64,000 nt of DNA from Polyangiales bacterium (GCA_044229975.1 JBGARZ010000004.1:64001-128000); one strand, 5' to 3'. Counted from the stretch's first letter, positions 9,801-19,066 are shown. Numbers and translations: made by a program. The notes: generated by a model from the letters alone, not told the origin.

Positions 9801-12800
9801 CTGCGAACGATCGTTGGCGACGGAGGGACGACCTATCCGACGGGGCCCTTCGCCGCCCTGGAGCGTTCGCTCTACGCGCCGACGGCGATCGATGTGGGGC
9901 CCCAGGGGGAGATCGTCTTCTCCGATGCGCTGCTCTATCGTGTCTTCCGGATGGGGGTCGACGGCGTGGTCACGACCCTCGCCGGGACGGGCGTGGCGGG
10001 CTTCAGCGGTGATGGCGGCCCCGGCGTCGACGCGAAGCTCGATCAGCCCCACGGGGTCAGGGTGCAGCGGGACGGGACCGTGGTGGTGGCCGACCGTATG
10101 AACGGCCGGGTGCGCCAGATCGGGCGCGACGGTCGCATCTCGACGGTCATGGGGCACGGTATTCAGTACACCTTCGACGGCTTCAGCCACCCCGCGACGG
10201 CGCTCGCGCTCTCGCAGTACGTCTTCGGCCTGGCCCTCTCACCGCGGGGTGCGCTGGTCGTCGCGGACGCTGGCTTCGGCCACATCGTCGAGGTGCGCAA
10301 CAGCAACGTCATCGAGGACGCCGACGACGTCTACATCCCCGGGGGCGGAGGGAGCGAGCTCTACCGCTTCCGCAAGAGCACGGGCTGCCACCTGAGCACG
10401 CTCGACGCGGTGAGCCACCAGCCGATCTACTCCTTCGTGTATGCGCTGGGCGGGTGCCGCCCGACGGGCGTGGTGCTGGGCGATCCGAGCGACGGCAACA
10501 CCGTGGCGATTCACCGGGTGTCGGACGAGGACGTGCGCATCCGCAGCCCGTTCTATTCGTCGTCGGGTGAGGAGGTGGCGCTTGCCATCGGTGAGGACGG
10601 CTACCTCGACAGCGTCACCCACGGGAGCGACGTCTGGACGACGGAGCACGACACGCTCGGGATGCTGACGACGCTGACCGACCCGCTGATGCGGGCGCAT
10701 CACTTCACGTACACGACCACCGGCGCGGAGTCGTGGGGCGGCTTCCTCGTCTCCGACACCAGCCCGGCGGGGGTGGTGACGCAGCTCAGTACGGCGGCTC
10801 GGCCCGATGTGAACGTCTTCACGGTGCACCGCATCCTCGGCTCGTCGGAGGCGACGGGGCCGGAGTACACGTACACGGTGCGGTCGCTGCCGGACGGGAC
10901 CCGGCAGTACGTCGACGTGTCGCCCGGCGGCGACGGGAGCCACACGGTGACGAGCACCACGACGGTGCGACCCGATGGGCACCAGGAGACGGTGGTGGCG
11001 AGCGGCTCGACGACGCTGTCGACGAGCACGAGCGAGCGGGAGCCCGACCCTCGGCTGGGGTCGCGGGCGGAGTACACGAGCGCGACGTCGAGCACGACGG
11101 CGAGCCGCACGGTGGCGACGCACCACACGCGGACGGCGACGTTCACGTCGGCGGTGCCGCCGGTGCTGGAGACGCAGACCGACGCGTCGTACGTGAACAG
11201 CGAGACGACGCCGCGGGTGACGACGCAGTACGACGCGGAGCACAGCGACTGCGACGACCACGCGCGGGTGCTGGAGACGACGCGGGGCGGGCGCAGCACG
11301 CGGACGTGCCTGGACGCGCGGGGGAGGGTGGCGAGCGTGCAGGTGCTGGGGGCGTCGCCGACGATGCACCCGGTGGAGTTCCACTACGACTTGCGGGGAA
11401 GGATGGACCAGGTGACCCAGGGGTCGCGGCGCGTGGTCTCGACGTGGCGGAGCGACGGGCGGCCCGATGCGACGAGCGCGGGCACCTGGATCAGCAGTGT
11501 GTTCACGGCGTTGCAGACGTCGGGCACGGGGTACGACTCGGGGACGCGGCGGGTGAGCTCGCTGTCGCTGCCAGGGTCGCGCACGGTGGACATGGCCGTG
11601 AACGCGATGGGGGAGCTGACGTCGCTGACGCCGCCAGGGCGCGACGCGCACACGATGACGTACGATGCGGACGGTCGGATGGAGTCGTTCACCTCGCCAG
11701 CGCCGGACTCGATGAGCGACCCGCTGACGCTGGGGTGGTCGTACAACGCGCGCCGCCAACTGTTGCAGCATACGCGGGCAGATGGCAGCCACGTGGACTT
11801 CGACTACGACGAGACGGCGACGGGGCACCTGGAGACGATGACGTTGCCGGTGGTGGGCGCGGTGAACTACGGCTACCGGGCGCTGACAGGGGCGGGCGAG
11901 TCGGTGAGCGCGGCGGGGTGCCGACTGCGGACGGTGTACGACAGCGAGACGGTGCCGACGGGCGTGGTGCTGGAGAACGCCAGCAGCGGGACGTGCCCGG
12001 TGACCGGGACGGTGTCGCGCACGGTCAACGCGCTCTTCGAGACGACGGCGGTGACGGTGGGCGACGCGCCCGCGGTGAGCTTCACGCTGGACGCGGACGA
12101 CGACCGGCTGCTGACGAGCGCGGGCGGGATGACGCTGGCGCGCGATGGGGCGACGGGGCGACTGACGGGGACGAGCATCGGCGAGGTGGAGACGGCGGCG
12201 ACGTTCACGGCGTACGGGGAGCTGGCGTCGAACGACGCGGAACTCGACGGGACGCTGGAGCTGGGGCTGGGGTACGAGTACGACGGGCTGGGGCGCATCG
12301 AGACAGTGACCGAGAGCGGGCACACGGCGCGGGCGACGACGTACGGGTACGACAGCGCGGGACGGCTGGAGACGGTGACCCGTGGGATGACGACGATCGA
12401 GTCGTACGGGTACAGCGGGAGCGGCGGCTCGAACGGCAACCGCACCAGTTGGAGCAACAGCGCGGGAGACTTCACCGCGACGTACGACGCGCAGGATCGG
12501 CTGACGTCGTCGACGCTGACGGGCGGCGCGACGACGACGTACGGGTACGACGACCATGGGCAGCTCACGACGCGGACGGTGGGCTCGTCGACGACGACGA
12601 CGTACGCATGGGATGCGCGCGGGGCGCTGGCGAGCGTGACGCTGCCGAGCGCGACCGTTATCAGCTATGTGCTGGACCCGCAGGGGCGGCGCATCGGGCG
12701 CAAGGTCGGCGGGACGCTGGAGCGCGGGTGGCTCTATGGGGGTGGGTTGCTCCCGGTGGCGGAGGTGGACAACAACGGCACGACGGTGCGACGCGTGTTC

Positions 12801-13724
12801 ATCTACGCGACGCGGTCGAACGCGCCCGATCTGGTGGTGCAGCGCGAGGGGTCAACGTGGGTGACCTACCGGGTGCTCACCGACCACCTCGGAAGCGTGC
12901 GAGTGGTGGCGAGGGCGAGCGACGGCCTAGTCGTGCAACGGATGGACTACGACGCGTTCGGGCGGGTCGAGAACGACTGGGCAGACGGCACCTGGGTGTC
13001 AGCCGATACGGTGACGACCGGGTGGTCGCGACTGCCGTTCGGGTATGCGGGCGGGCTGTACGACCGAGGCACGGGGCTGGTGAGGTTTGGGGCGCGCGAG
13101 TACGACGCGAGTGTCGGGAGGTGGGTGAGCCGGGATCCCATCCTGTTCGGAGGGGAAGATAGCAACCTGTATGCGTACGTCTCGCAGGATCCCATCAATT
13201 CGATCGATCCGAGTGGGAGGATCTGGCAGATGGCTTTGGGAGGAGCTCTCGGCGCTGGAGTATCCTTTGCCGGACAGATGGTGTTCGGTCACGGAAGCTG
13301 GGACGAACGACTTTCTCAAGTGAGTTGGGGTGATGTCTTCACTTCTGCTATGGCTGGCGCAATGTCTGGGGGCATCAGCATATTGGTGCGAGGGGCCACT
13401 CAGGGCGCGATTCTTGGCGCTAGTACAGCACTGGCCTCACAGCTTTTGTCAGTGTCACGCCTCGAAAATCAAAGCCGCCAGCCAAACAACTTGAGAAATA
13501 ATGTGATGGCGTGTGTGCAAGTTGCTGGGGCTACTGGAATGGGGGCCCTCGGCGGTGCGTATTCGCAGGGTATGCCAATGAACATTCGTGACGTCTCTCA
13601 GTGGACCGATACCTTCGGACCAGCGTTCGCAGGCGTTTTCTTTTCAGATCCTGTGCTTCTAGTTTCCCGGGTCAGAGAAGAAGTGTCGCCCCCGCCCGTA
13701 TCGCGCGAGCCGGTCTCGCGTTGA
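6831..13724 (+). CDS. Teneurin-like Rhs/YD-repeat polymorphic toxin (FN3 - TTR/Ig-like - FN-plug - NHL propeller - YD shell - C-terminal tip)
   Basis: FN3 (YTFTVRAVD); teneurin-like segments FLYTG..IIHGRV..GRTFTRSDGRFEYVVHGGG, IPLPGTPMVLHYASER and LGGWTLSAHH; NHL repeats (AGFSGDGGP, IADTGNRRIR); YD repeats; Rhs core TDHLGSVR, ARxYDxxxGRWVSRDPI, NLYAYV, PINSIDPSG. Confidence 0.93.
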   Translation: MTLLATVSGAEHEWTATGLSPSQSRTFAVRARDAANNVSYSLVRNSSTQAPSAAPAWVGSSPAVTALGLGKRQVRLHWSAATDDYNEFNYEITATSGAGNVSLGVLRGAGGMTTIDWDSPRTLTPNTAYTFTVRAVDDEGHYATSDLSIASQTTLATTATPVWGTGNAVEADRMAWSTVSAHTTSPGLDADHYVFERRVGSSGAWLPWTEAATAFAMGEDFDPGRTWEIRVHFVDDDDVASATLDTSIALPAPSIGTPPALDTSQASDLVDLVSFLYTGTDPVQEGVNTDAVVRERVGIIHGRVIERGEGTAVPIAGVQVSEAAHGEPIFGRTFTRSDGRFEYVVHGGGPVVLRFSGRGLLPVQRTVRVEWGVPASVPDVAMIPASTNPTTVTFDAYWHTAEGDAVTDSDGTRRPTVIFPPNTTAMMVMEDESEVPLTTGTLRMTEYTVGERGLEAMPGTIPANVAYTWAGEFAFDEATAAGARSVHFSQPVAIYVNNFLGFPIGNEVPSGYYDENEGAWLGNELGNGVVIHVLSTTDSGGGAHVDVDGDGDQDSADDAVLLAQTLTPDERIQLHTLYPSGAELWRFRVQHFSKWDSNWGIIPPNDARQPAIKAKLIALATEHVKTCRGSQIECQNRNLGDDIPLPGTPMVLHYASERSAGRLNTIDIPLGELLPGETGLPASLTAANVIVNFPDGPERHGNGGTPEELRSAHAIFNWDGMDHGRRVQGSIPVTVEVQYVYRGEYGQFSRFGYSGAATGTAITGVELRREIIFSTFFTTWIGGMDARGEGLGGWTLSAHHAYDPRTGDVSLGGGGVLNAGASGNGVRRVVGGGLSTAEDVSASSVQTDPYSIAIGGDGRIWYADGNRVRRVNADGHVVTVAGILGDGTCDGDGDDATASAIGTTVNLALLNDNILVISEHNCHRIRVVDDEGGIHTLVGTGTAGFDGDDLPGESSRLNGPSGIAFLDGTSLLIADTGNRRIRRFDLSDFHLRTIVGDGGTTYPTGPFAALERSLYAPTAIDVGPQGEIVFSDALLYRVFRMGVDGVVTTLAGTGVAGFSGDGGPGVDAKLDQPHGVRVQRDGTVVVADRMNGRVRQIGRDGRISTVMGHGIQYTFDGFSHPATALALSQYVFGLALSPRGALVVADAGFGHIVEVRNSNVIEDADDVYIPGGGGSELYRFRKSTGCHLSTLDAVSHQPIYSFVYALGGCRPTGVVLGDPSDGNTVAIHRVSDEDVRIRSPFYSSSGEEVALAIGEDGYLDSVTHGSDVWTTEHDTLGMLTTLTDPLMRAHHFTYTTTGAESWGGFLVSDTSPAGVVTQLSTAARPDVNVFTVHRILGSSEATGPEYTYTVRSLPDGTRQYVDVSPGGDGSHTVTSTTTVRPDGHQETVVASGSTTLSTSTSEREPDPRLGSRAEYTSATSSTTASRTVATHHTRTATFTSAVPPVLETQTDASYVNSETTPRVTTQYDAEHSDCDDHARVLETTRGGRSTRTCLDARGRVASVQVLGASPTMHPVEFHYDLRGRMDQVTQGSRRVVSTWRSDGRPDATSAGTWISSVFTALQTSGTGYDSGTRRVSSLSLPGSRTVDMAVNAMGELTSLTPPGRDAHTMTYDADGRMESFTSPAPDSMSDPLTLGWSYNARRQLLQHTRADGSHVDFDYDETATGHLETMTLPVVGAVNYGYRALTGAGESVSAAGCRLRTVYDSETVPTGVVLENASSGTCPVTGTVSRTVNALFETTAVTVGDAPAVSFTLDADDDRLLTSAGGMTLARDGATGRLTGTSIGEVETAATFTAYGELASNDAELDGTLELGLGYEYDGLGRIETVTESGHTARATTYGYDSAGRLETVTRGMTTIESYGYSGSGGSNGNRTSWSNSAGDFTATYDAQDRLTSSTLTGGATTTYGYDDHGQLTTRTVGSSTTTTYAWDARGALASVTLPSATVISYVLDPQGRRIGRKVGGTLERGWLYGGGLLPVAEVDNNGTTVRRVFIYATRSNAPDLVVQREGSTWVTYRVLTDHLGSVRVVARASDGLVVQRMDYDAFGRVENDWADGTWVSADTVTTGWSRLPFGYAGGLYDRGTGLVRFGAREYDASVGRWVSRDPILFGGEDSNLYAYVSQDPINSIDPSGRIWQMALGGALGAGVSFAGQMVFGHGSWDERLSQVSWGDVFTSAMAGAMSGGISILVRGATQGAILGASTALASQLLSVSRLENQSRQPNNLRNNVMACVQVAGATGMGALGGAYSQGMPMNIRDVSQWTDTFGPAFAGVFFSDPVLLVSRVREEVSPPPVSREPVSR

Positions 13725-13751
13725 CGAGCGACGAAAGAGGCAATTCAAGGC

Positions 13752-14240
13752 ATGTACCGCACCCATAATGTCAGAACAAGTCTTCCCCGGCGTCGATGGA
13801 GATTCGTGCCGCTAACGGGGTTTTATCTGCTGCTGTCTGTTGTCGTTAGCTGTTGTGCAATCCGGGCTCTTTGCGTGGAATCGCTGGGCGACAAGTTGGG
13901 CTGGTCCTGTCTTGTATTTGCCATTTTCTCCATAGTTACATTTTTCTCGTCATCTTGGTCTCTGTTTGTGTGGTGGCGTACCGCCTTCTTCGACGAACAT
14001 ATTCGGACGGTTCGTGGCGCTCTGAAGTATAGTGACATTCGACGTGTTGAACACTATGGGGGAGACCTCCGCGTGCTGAGCGATGCTCGTCCCGTCTTGA
14101 TTGTGAGGCGCGACTATCATCTGGCCGAGGTTTTGGACCAGATCTTGCGGCGCAATTCAGCGGTCGAATTGGATGATCTTTCCGTTCAGTGCCTTAAGAC
14201 ATACAAAGAGCGGGGTTTGGCGACGCGACACGGCGGGTAG
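13752..14240 (+). CDS. Putative Rhs immunity protein (two TM helices)
   Basis: Starts 27 bp after the Rhs stop and lies in the same low-GC tract as the toxin tip; two hydrophobic segments, FYLLLSVVVSCCAI and LVFAIFSIVTFFSSSWSLFVWW. Confidence 0.6.
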   Translation: MYRTHNVRTSLPRRRWRFVPLTGFYLLLSVVVSCCAIRALCVESLGDKLGWSCLVFAIFSIVTFFSSSWSLFVWWRTAFFDEHIRTVRGALKYSDIRRVEHYGGDLRVLSDARPVLIVRRDYHLAEVLDQILRRNSAVELDDLSVQCLKTYKERGLATRHGG

Positions 14241-14247
14241 TTGCGCC

Positions 14248-15020
14248 GTACGACGCGGAGCACCGCGACTGCGACGACCACGCGCGGGTGGAAGAGACGA
14301 CACGCGGTGGGCGCGTCGTGCTGACTTGCATGGACGCGCGCGGCCGGGTGGCGAGCGTGCGGGTGCTGGGGGCGTCGCCGACGATGGAGCCGGTGGAGTT
14401 CCACTACGACTCGCGGGGGCGGATGGACCAGGTGACCCAGGGGCAGCGGCGCGTGGTGTCGACGTGGCGGAGCGATGGGCGGCCGGACGCGACGAGCACG
14501 GGGACGGTGAGCGGCGGGACGTTCACGGCGATGCAGACGTCGGGGGCGGGCTACGACTCGGGGACGCGGCGTATCAACGCGCAGACGCTGCCGGGCTCGC
14601 GCACGGTGGGCGTGGCTGCGAACCCGGTGGGCGAGCTGACGTCGCTGACGCCGCCGGGGCGCGACGCGCACACGATGACGTACGATGCGGACGGCCGGAT
14701 GGAGTCGTTCACCTCGCCAGCGCCGGACTTGATGAGCGACCCGTTGACGCTGGAGTGGTCGTACAATCCGCGTCGGCAGCTTCTCCAGCACACGCGGGCG
14801 GACGGCAGCCATGTGGACTTCGACTACGACGAGACGGCGACGGGGCACCTGGAGACGATGACGTTGCCGGTGGTGGGCGCGGTGAGCTACGGCTACCGCG
14901 CGCTGACGGGCGCGGGCGAGTCGGTGAGCGCGGCGGGGTGCCGACTGCGGACGGTGTACGACAGCGCGGGACGGCTGGCGACGTCGACGCTGACGGGTGG
15001 GGCGACGACGACGTACGACT
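14248..15020 (+). pseudogene. Orphan Rhs core fragment (diverged, internally deleted copy of part of 6831..13724)
   Basis: Close DNA match to 11228..11946, then jumps to sequence matching ~12347-12369 and ~12503-12545. No DPxG core and no toxin tip. Confidence 0.9.
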
Positions 15021-15159
15021 CCGACGAGCAGGATCGCCGGGGTGTTGCACTGTCGGCTGTCGGCCCGTGGCCCTCCGCCGATCGGGTTGCTCGCATCTGA
15101 CGTTCCCAACGCGCGCATCAGGTTGATGCGTCGGCGTGCCCTGCTCTAAGCTTGCCGTG

Positions 15160-15495
15160 ATGAGTCTCGGCGACGACGACGACGCGATGCTGCGAGCTCT
15201 CGTGCGCGGCCTCGTCGCGCGCTTCGACCCAGACGAGTTGTGGCTGTTCGGGAGCCGGGCCGAAGGGCGCGAGCGACCGGGAAGCGACTGGGACGTGCTG
15301 GCGGTGCTCCCAGACACGACACCCGCGGACGTCCTCGACCCCGTGAACGCATCCCTGCGTGCGAGCGATCTAGGCGTGGCTCTCGACGTCGTCCCGTGCA
15401 CCGCGGCGGAGTTCGCCGAGGAGCGCAACGAACCGGGTTCCCTCGTGTGGCGGGTGTCCACCAGGGGCCGACGGATCTATGAGCGTCGCGCGTAG
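15160..15495 (+). CDS. Minimal nucleotidyltransferase (MNT), antitoxin-like
   Basis: LWLFGSRAEGRERPGSDWDVL matches GS-x10-DxD; C-terminal GRRIYE; overlaps the HEPN gene. Confidence 0.88.
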   Translation: MSLGDDDDAMLRALVRGLVARFDPDELWLFGSRAEGRERPGSDWDVLAVLPDTTPADVLDPVNASLRASDLGVALDVVPCTAAEFAEERNEPGSLVWRVSTRGRRIYERRA

Positions 15496-15874
15496 AGCCC
15501 TGGCGTTGTTGCTGGTGGCGCGGGAAGACATCGCCGCGGCAAGACTGCTGGCGGCTGCTAGTAACCGCAACGCGATCTACCTGTGCCAGCAGGCGGCAGA
15601 GAAGCTGATCCGTGCTCGACTCGCCCAGCGCGGTATCGATGCGACGCGGGAGCATCACCTCCGCGTGCTGGTCGATCTGCTCCCCAACGACGATCCCTGG
15701 CGAGCACGGCTCTCACCCTTCGATCGTCTCTCACCCTTCGCTACGACCTATCGGTACCCGACTCCGGGTGGCCGTGTCCCCGAGTCACCAACCGCGGATG
15801 TCGTGTTGGCCGAAGCCGCTGCGATCGAAGCGCTGATCGCCAGCCTGGAGCGAGAGTTCGACGCAGCGGGTTGA
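15479..15874 (+). CDS. HEPN-domain protein, partner of MNT
   Basis: YLCQQAAEKLIRA...TREHHL...TYRYP matches the HEPN QQAxEKxLKA / HxL / RY pattern; 17-bp overlap with the MNT gene. Confidence 0.88.
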   Translation: MSVARRALALLLVAREDIAAARLLAAASNRNAIYLCQQAAEKLIRARLAQRGIDATREHHLRVLVDLLPNDDPWRARLSPFDRLSPFATTYRYPTPGGRVPESPTADVVLAEAAAIEALIASLEREFDAAG

Positions 15875-15879
15875 ACGCC

Positions 15880-16220
15880 ATCCGTGCCAACGCCATCGTC
15901 GCGTGCGGTCGTCTCGCGCTCCAACCCCGGCACCGTCGACGTGGTGACCAACGCCGTCGTGCTCGTCGAGGTGCTCTCCGAGGAGACCGAGCGCTTCGAC
16001 CGCGGCGAGAAGTTCGAGGGTTACCGCACCATCGAGTCGTGCAAGCACTTCGTCACGGTGTCGTCGCAGCGTCGGCTCGTGAAGCTGTACACCCGCGGAG
16101 ACGCTGGCGCGTAGATTCTCCGCGAGTACGGCGAAGCCACGGGGCTGCAGTTGAGCAACCCCGACATCGCCCTCTCCGTCGACTCGCTCTGCCGCCTCGC
16201 CCTCGAAGCAGACGACGCCT
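15880..16220 (+). pseudogene. Uma2/DUF820 endonuclease remnant
   Basis: TNAVVLVEVLSEETERFDRGEKFEGYRTIES is Uma2-like. In-frame TAG at 16112-16114 replaces an expected Trp (GA*ILREY) and homology continues past it. The N-terminus is missing, with a probable frameshift near 15925. Confidence 0.8.
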
Positions 16221-16262
16221 CGTCAGGGTCTTCGCCGACGATCGGCAGTACACTCCGCGCCC

Positions 16263-17498
16263 ATGAAGGCGCCCGCTCCTGCTCCGGTTCCCGTCTTCGC
16301 CGGGACGCACCCTGGTCCCTTCGGCGCTCCGCCCCCACCGCCACCGCGCAGCCGTCGACCCGCTCTCCTCGCTGGAACCATCGCGCTCGTCGCCCTCGTG
16401 GGCGGCGTCGCCGTCGTCCGTCATCGCGCCCGACCTGCTCCCCATGCGCGCCCTCCCGCCGTGCTTCGCGCGGTCGACCTCGCGGCGGGCGATGGGCACA
16501 CCTGCGCCCGCTTCGACGATGGGGCCGTTCGGTGCTGGGGCGCCAACAACCGCGGCCAGCTCGGGGCGCTCGCTCGGGCGCCGGGTGTCCCGGTGCGCGT
16601 CCCGCTGCCGTCGGGCGCCACGCACGTCGCGCTCGGCGAGGAGCACACCTGCGCCGCCCTCACCGACGGAACGGTTCGCTGCTGGGGTCGCGCCACCAGC
16701 GGGCAGCTCGGTCGCGGGGCCGATGTCGAGAGCTTCTCGCCCGTCACCGTCGACGGCGTCACGGGCGCCACCGAGCTCGCGCTGGGCATCTTCCACTCGT
16801 GCGCCCGCCTCGCCGACGGCACCGCGCGCTGCTGGGGAACCAACGTCCACGGTCAGCTCGGCGACGGCACGGCCGAAGCCCGCGAGACGCCCGTCGCCCC
16901 CATCGATCAGGCCGAGCTCACGCAGATGGCCGCGGGCGAGAGCGACACGTGCGCGGTGCGCGCGGACGGGACCGTTCACTGCTGGGGTCACAGCTACGGG
17001 ACGGGCCCCGGCGCGGGACCGCAGGAGGTGAGCGGGCTCACCGATGCGGCGCAGGTCTCGGTCGGCCACGGCGACACCTGCGCGCTGCGACGCGACGGAA
17101 CGCTCCGCTGCTGGAGCGCCGCCCGCTGTTGAGGCAGCGTCGATCGCGGCCAGTTTGGTCGCGGCACTGAGTTGATCGAAGCGCTCCGCGACGTGGTTCA
17201 GGTCGCGGTGGGGCGCTTTCACGCGTGCGCGCTGATTCGCGGTGGCGAGGTGCGGTGCTGGGGCGGCAACGCCTTCGGGCAGCTCGGCGACGGCACCACC
17301 ACCGACCGCCCGGCGCCCGCCGCCGTGGCGGGGTTGGGACCCGTGGCGCGCATCGCGGCGGGGTCGAAGCACACCTGCGTGGCCACGGTCGCGGGCGAGC
17401 TGCGGTGCTGGGGTTCGGACGCCGACGGGCAGCTCGGGGACGGCACCACCACGTCGCGCGGACGACCGGGGCCGGTGGTGTTCTCCGACCGGCGGTAG
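16263..17498 (+). pseudogene. RCC1-like repeat membrane protein interrupted by an in-frame TGA
   Basis: Repeats HTCA...VRCWGxNxxGQLG. ORFs 16263..17132 and 17172..17498 share one frame and join as ARC*GSVDRGQFGRG, with TGA at 17130-17132 at the W of RCWG. Confidence 0.85.
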
Positions 17499-17602
17499 CG
17501 CGCACACCCCTCAGGGTCGTCGATGCCGGACCGCGGGCGCGACGCGCGCGGAGCCTGCGCCGTGAACCCCGGCCCTCCGTCCGTGGGACGAATCGGTACG
17601 AG

Positions 17603-18622
17603 TCAGGGCGCGCCGAAGGCCGTGCGGGTGAGCCACGCCGTCTCGACGCGGTGCTCGGCGTCGAAGGAGCCGTAGTCGAGCGCGACGTTGGCGCGGGCCG
17701 GGTCGTGCGGTCGCGTGGTGATGGGCGCCATGTGCACGCACCACGTCGCGCCGCGGTTGCAGCCCGAGGCGCTCGCGTCGAGTCGCAGCGCGCCGCCCGC
17801 GCGGGCGTAGGTCGCACCCGCGGCGATCATCACGCCGGCGTTGGGTGAGCGCGTCGCGGTGGCGGCGTCTTCGGCCCACACGAACCACGCGTGACGGAGC
17901 TGCCCCACGATGGACGCGTTGAGCCCGTAGCTGCCGCCGTCGAGGTCCCAGTAGGAGAGGCGGTTGGCGGTGAGGTGCGACGGGTCGAGGCCGCGCTCGT
18001 AGAGCTGACCGAGGAGCTCGTGCGCCACGAAGGCCCCGCTGGAGTGCGCCGCCACGAGGATGCTCGCGCCCGTCGCGAGGCGCGGTAGCAGGTGGGCGAT
18101 GAGGCGCGAGTTGCCGATCTCCTGCGAGTCGTAGCCGGCCTCGCGCGGACCCTGCACGGCGTACACGTGGCGCACGCCGCGCTCGCGGAGGGCGTCGCGG
18201 TAGAGGCGCGTGACCCACGACTGAGCGCGCGTGGCGTCGACGCCGTAGCCCGCGTATCCGATGAAGACGTCGTGGCCGCGCGGGTTCTCGCTGTCGCGGT
18301 AGGCCACGCCGAGGCCCGGGGCGCTCCACGGGATCGCCTCGAAGTCGGGCTCTGTCACGACGACCACGTCGGCGGTGCCCGCGTCGGCGGTGCCCGCGTC
18401 GGGGGTGCCTGCGTCGGGTCTCCCGACATCCATCGCGAGCGCGACGTCTCTTCCGACATCGAGCTGGCTGGCGTCTGTTCTCGCGACGTCCGTGGCGTCC
18501 ATGACATCCCTGACGTCTTCGACATCGGTTGCGTCGGTCGGGACGGCCGCGACGCCGGGGTCGCCGCAGCCCGCCACGCACGCTGCGAGTCCGAGGCTCA
18601 GCCGGGTCGTCGTCGCGTTCAT
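17603..18622 (-). CDS. Lipoprotein with an alpha/beta-hydrolase-like domain
   Basis: Lipobox LAACVAGC, Asp-rich DAG/DV linker, ILVAAHSSG nucleophile-like motif. Confidence 0.7.
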   Translation of the reverse strand: MNATTTRLSLGLAACVAGCGDPGVAAVPTDATDVEDVRDVMDATDVARTDASQLDVGRDVALAMDVGRPDAGTPDAGTADAGTADVVVVTEPDFEAIPWSAPGLGVAYRDSENPRGHDVFIGYAGYGVDATRAQSWVTRLYRDALRERGVRHVYAVQGPREAGYDSQEIGNSRLIAHLLPRLATGASILVAAHSSGAFVAHELLGQLYERGLDPSHLTANRLSYWDLDGGSYGLNASIVGQLRHAWFVWAEDAATATRSPNAGVMIAAGATYARAGGALRLDASASGCNRGATWCVHMAPITTRPHDPARANVALDYGSFDAEHRVETAWLTRTAFGAP

Positions 18623-18658
18623 GCCCGACCGCGGGCGTATCACGCGGCCCCGCGCTCC

Positions 18659-19066
18659 CTACGCCTGCGCGCCGCCGAGGGCGTCGACGTCGAGCTCCCA
18701 CATCGCCGACAGCCAGTCGAGGAGGCCCGCTTCGGGCACCGTGATGGTCCCGGCGGTGGAGATGGTGAGCAGCGCTGCGAAGATGGCCTCCCGCGCTTCG
18801 GGGCGCGTGACGGTGGCGGCGGCGCGGCGGACGGACTCGTCGTCGGGGTGCTCCTCCGCGGAGCGGTCGAGGAGCGCGCGCAGCTCGCGGTCGTCGTCGG
18901 CGGCGGTGGTCTCCCCGACGGGCGTCATCGACGGACCAAGCAGCTCGCGTGACGCTTCCAGCACGAGCGCCTGCTCCTCCTGGGAGACGTGCCCGTCGAG
19001 GCGGACGAGCGTGCGGAGGAGGGCGGCGTAGGTGAGGCGTTCGTGGTGGGTCAGCGGCTCGTTCAT
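18659..19066 (-). CDS. TerB-like protein
   Basis: LVRLDGHVSQEEQ ... ISTAGTITVPEAGLLDWLSAMW, the paired ADG-x-x-x-E helix pattern of TerB. Start at ATG 19066. Confidence 0.7.
   Translation of the reverse strand: MNEPLTHHERLTYAALLRTLVRLDGHVSQEEQALVLEASRELLGPSMTPVGETTAADDDRELRALLDRSAEEHPDDESVRRAAATVTRPEAREAIFAALLTISTAGTITVPEAGLLDWLSAMWELDVDALGGAQA

Noticed and set aside
16112..17132. Alternative genetic code or selenocysteine/pyrrolysine recoding
   Set aside because: TGA and TAG end many intact genes in this window, both sites align to Trp, and the Uma2 gene has other lesions.
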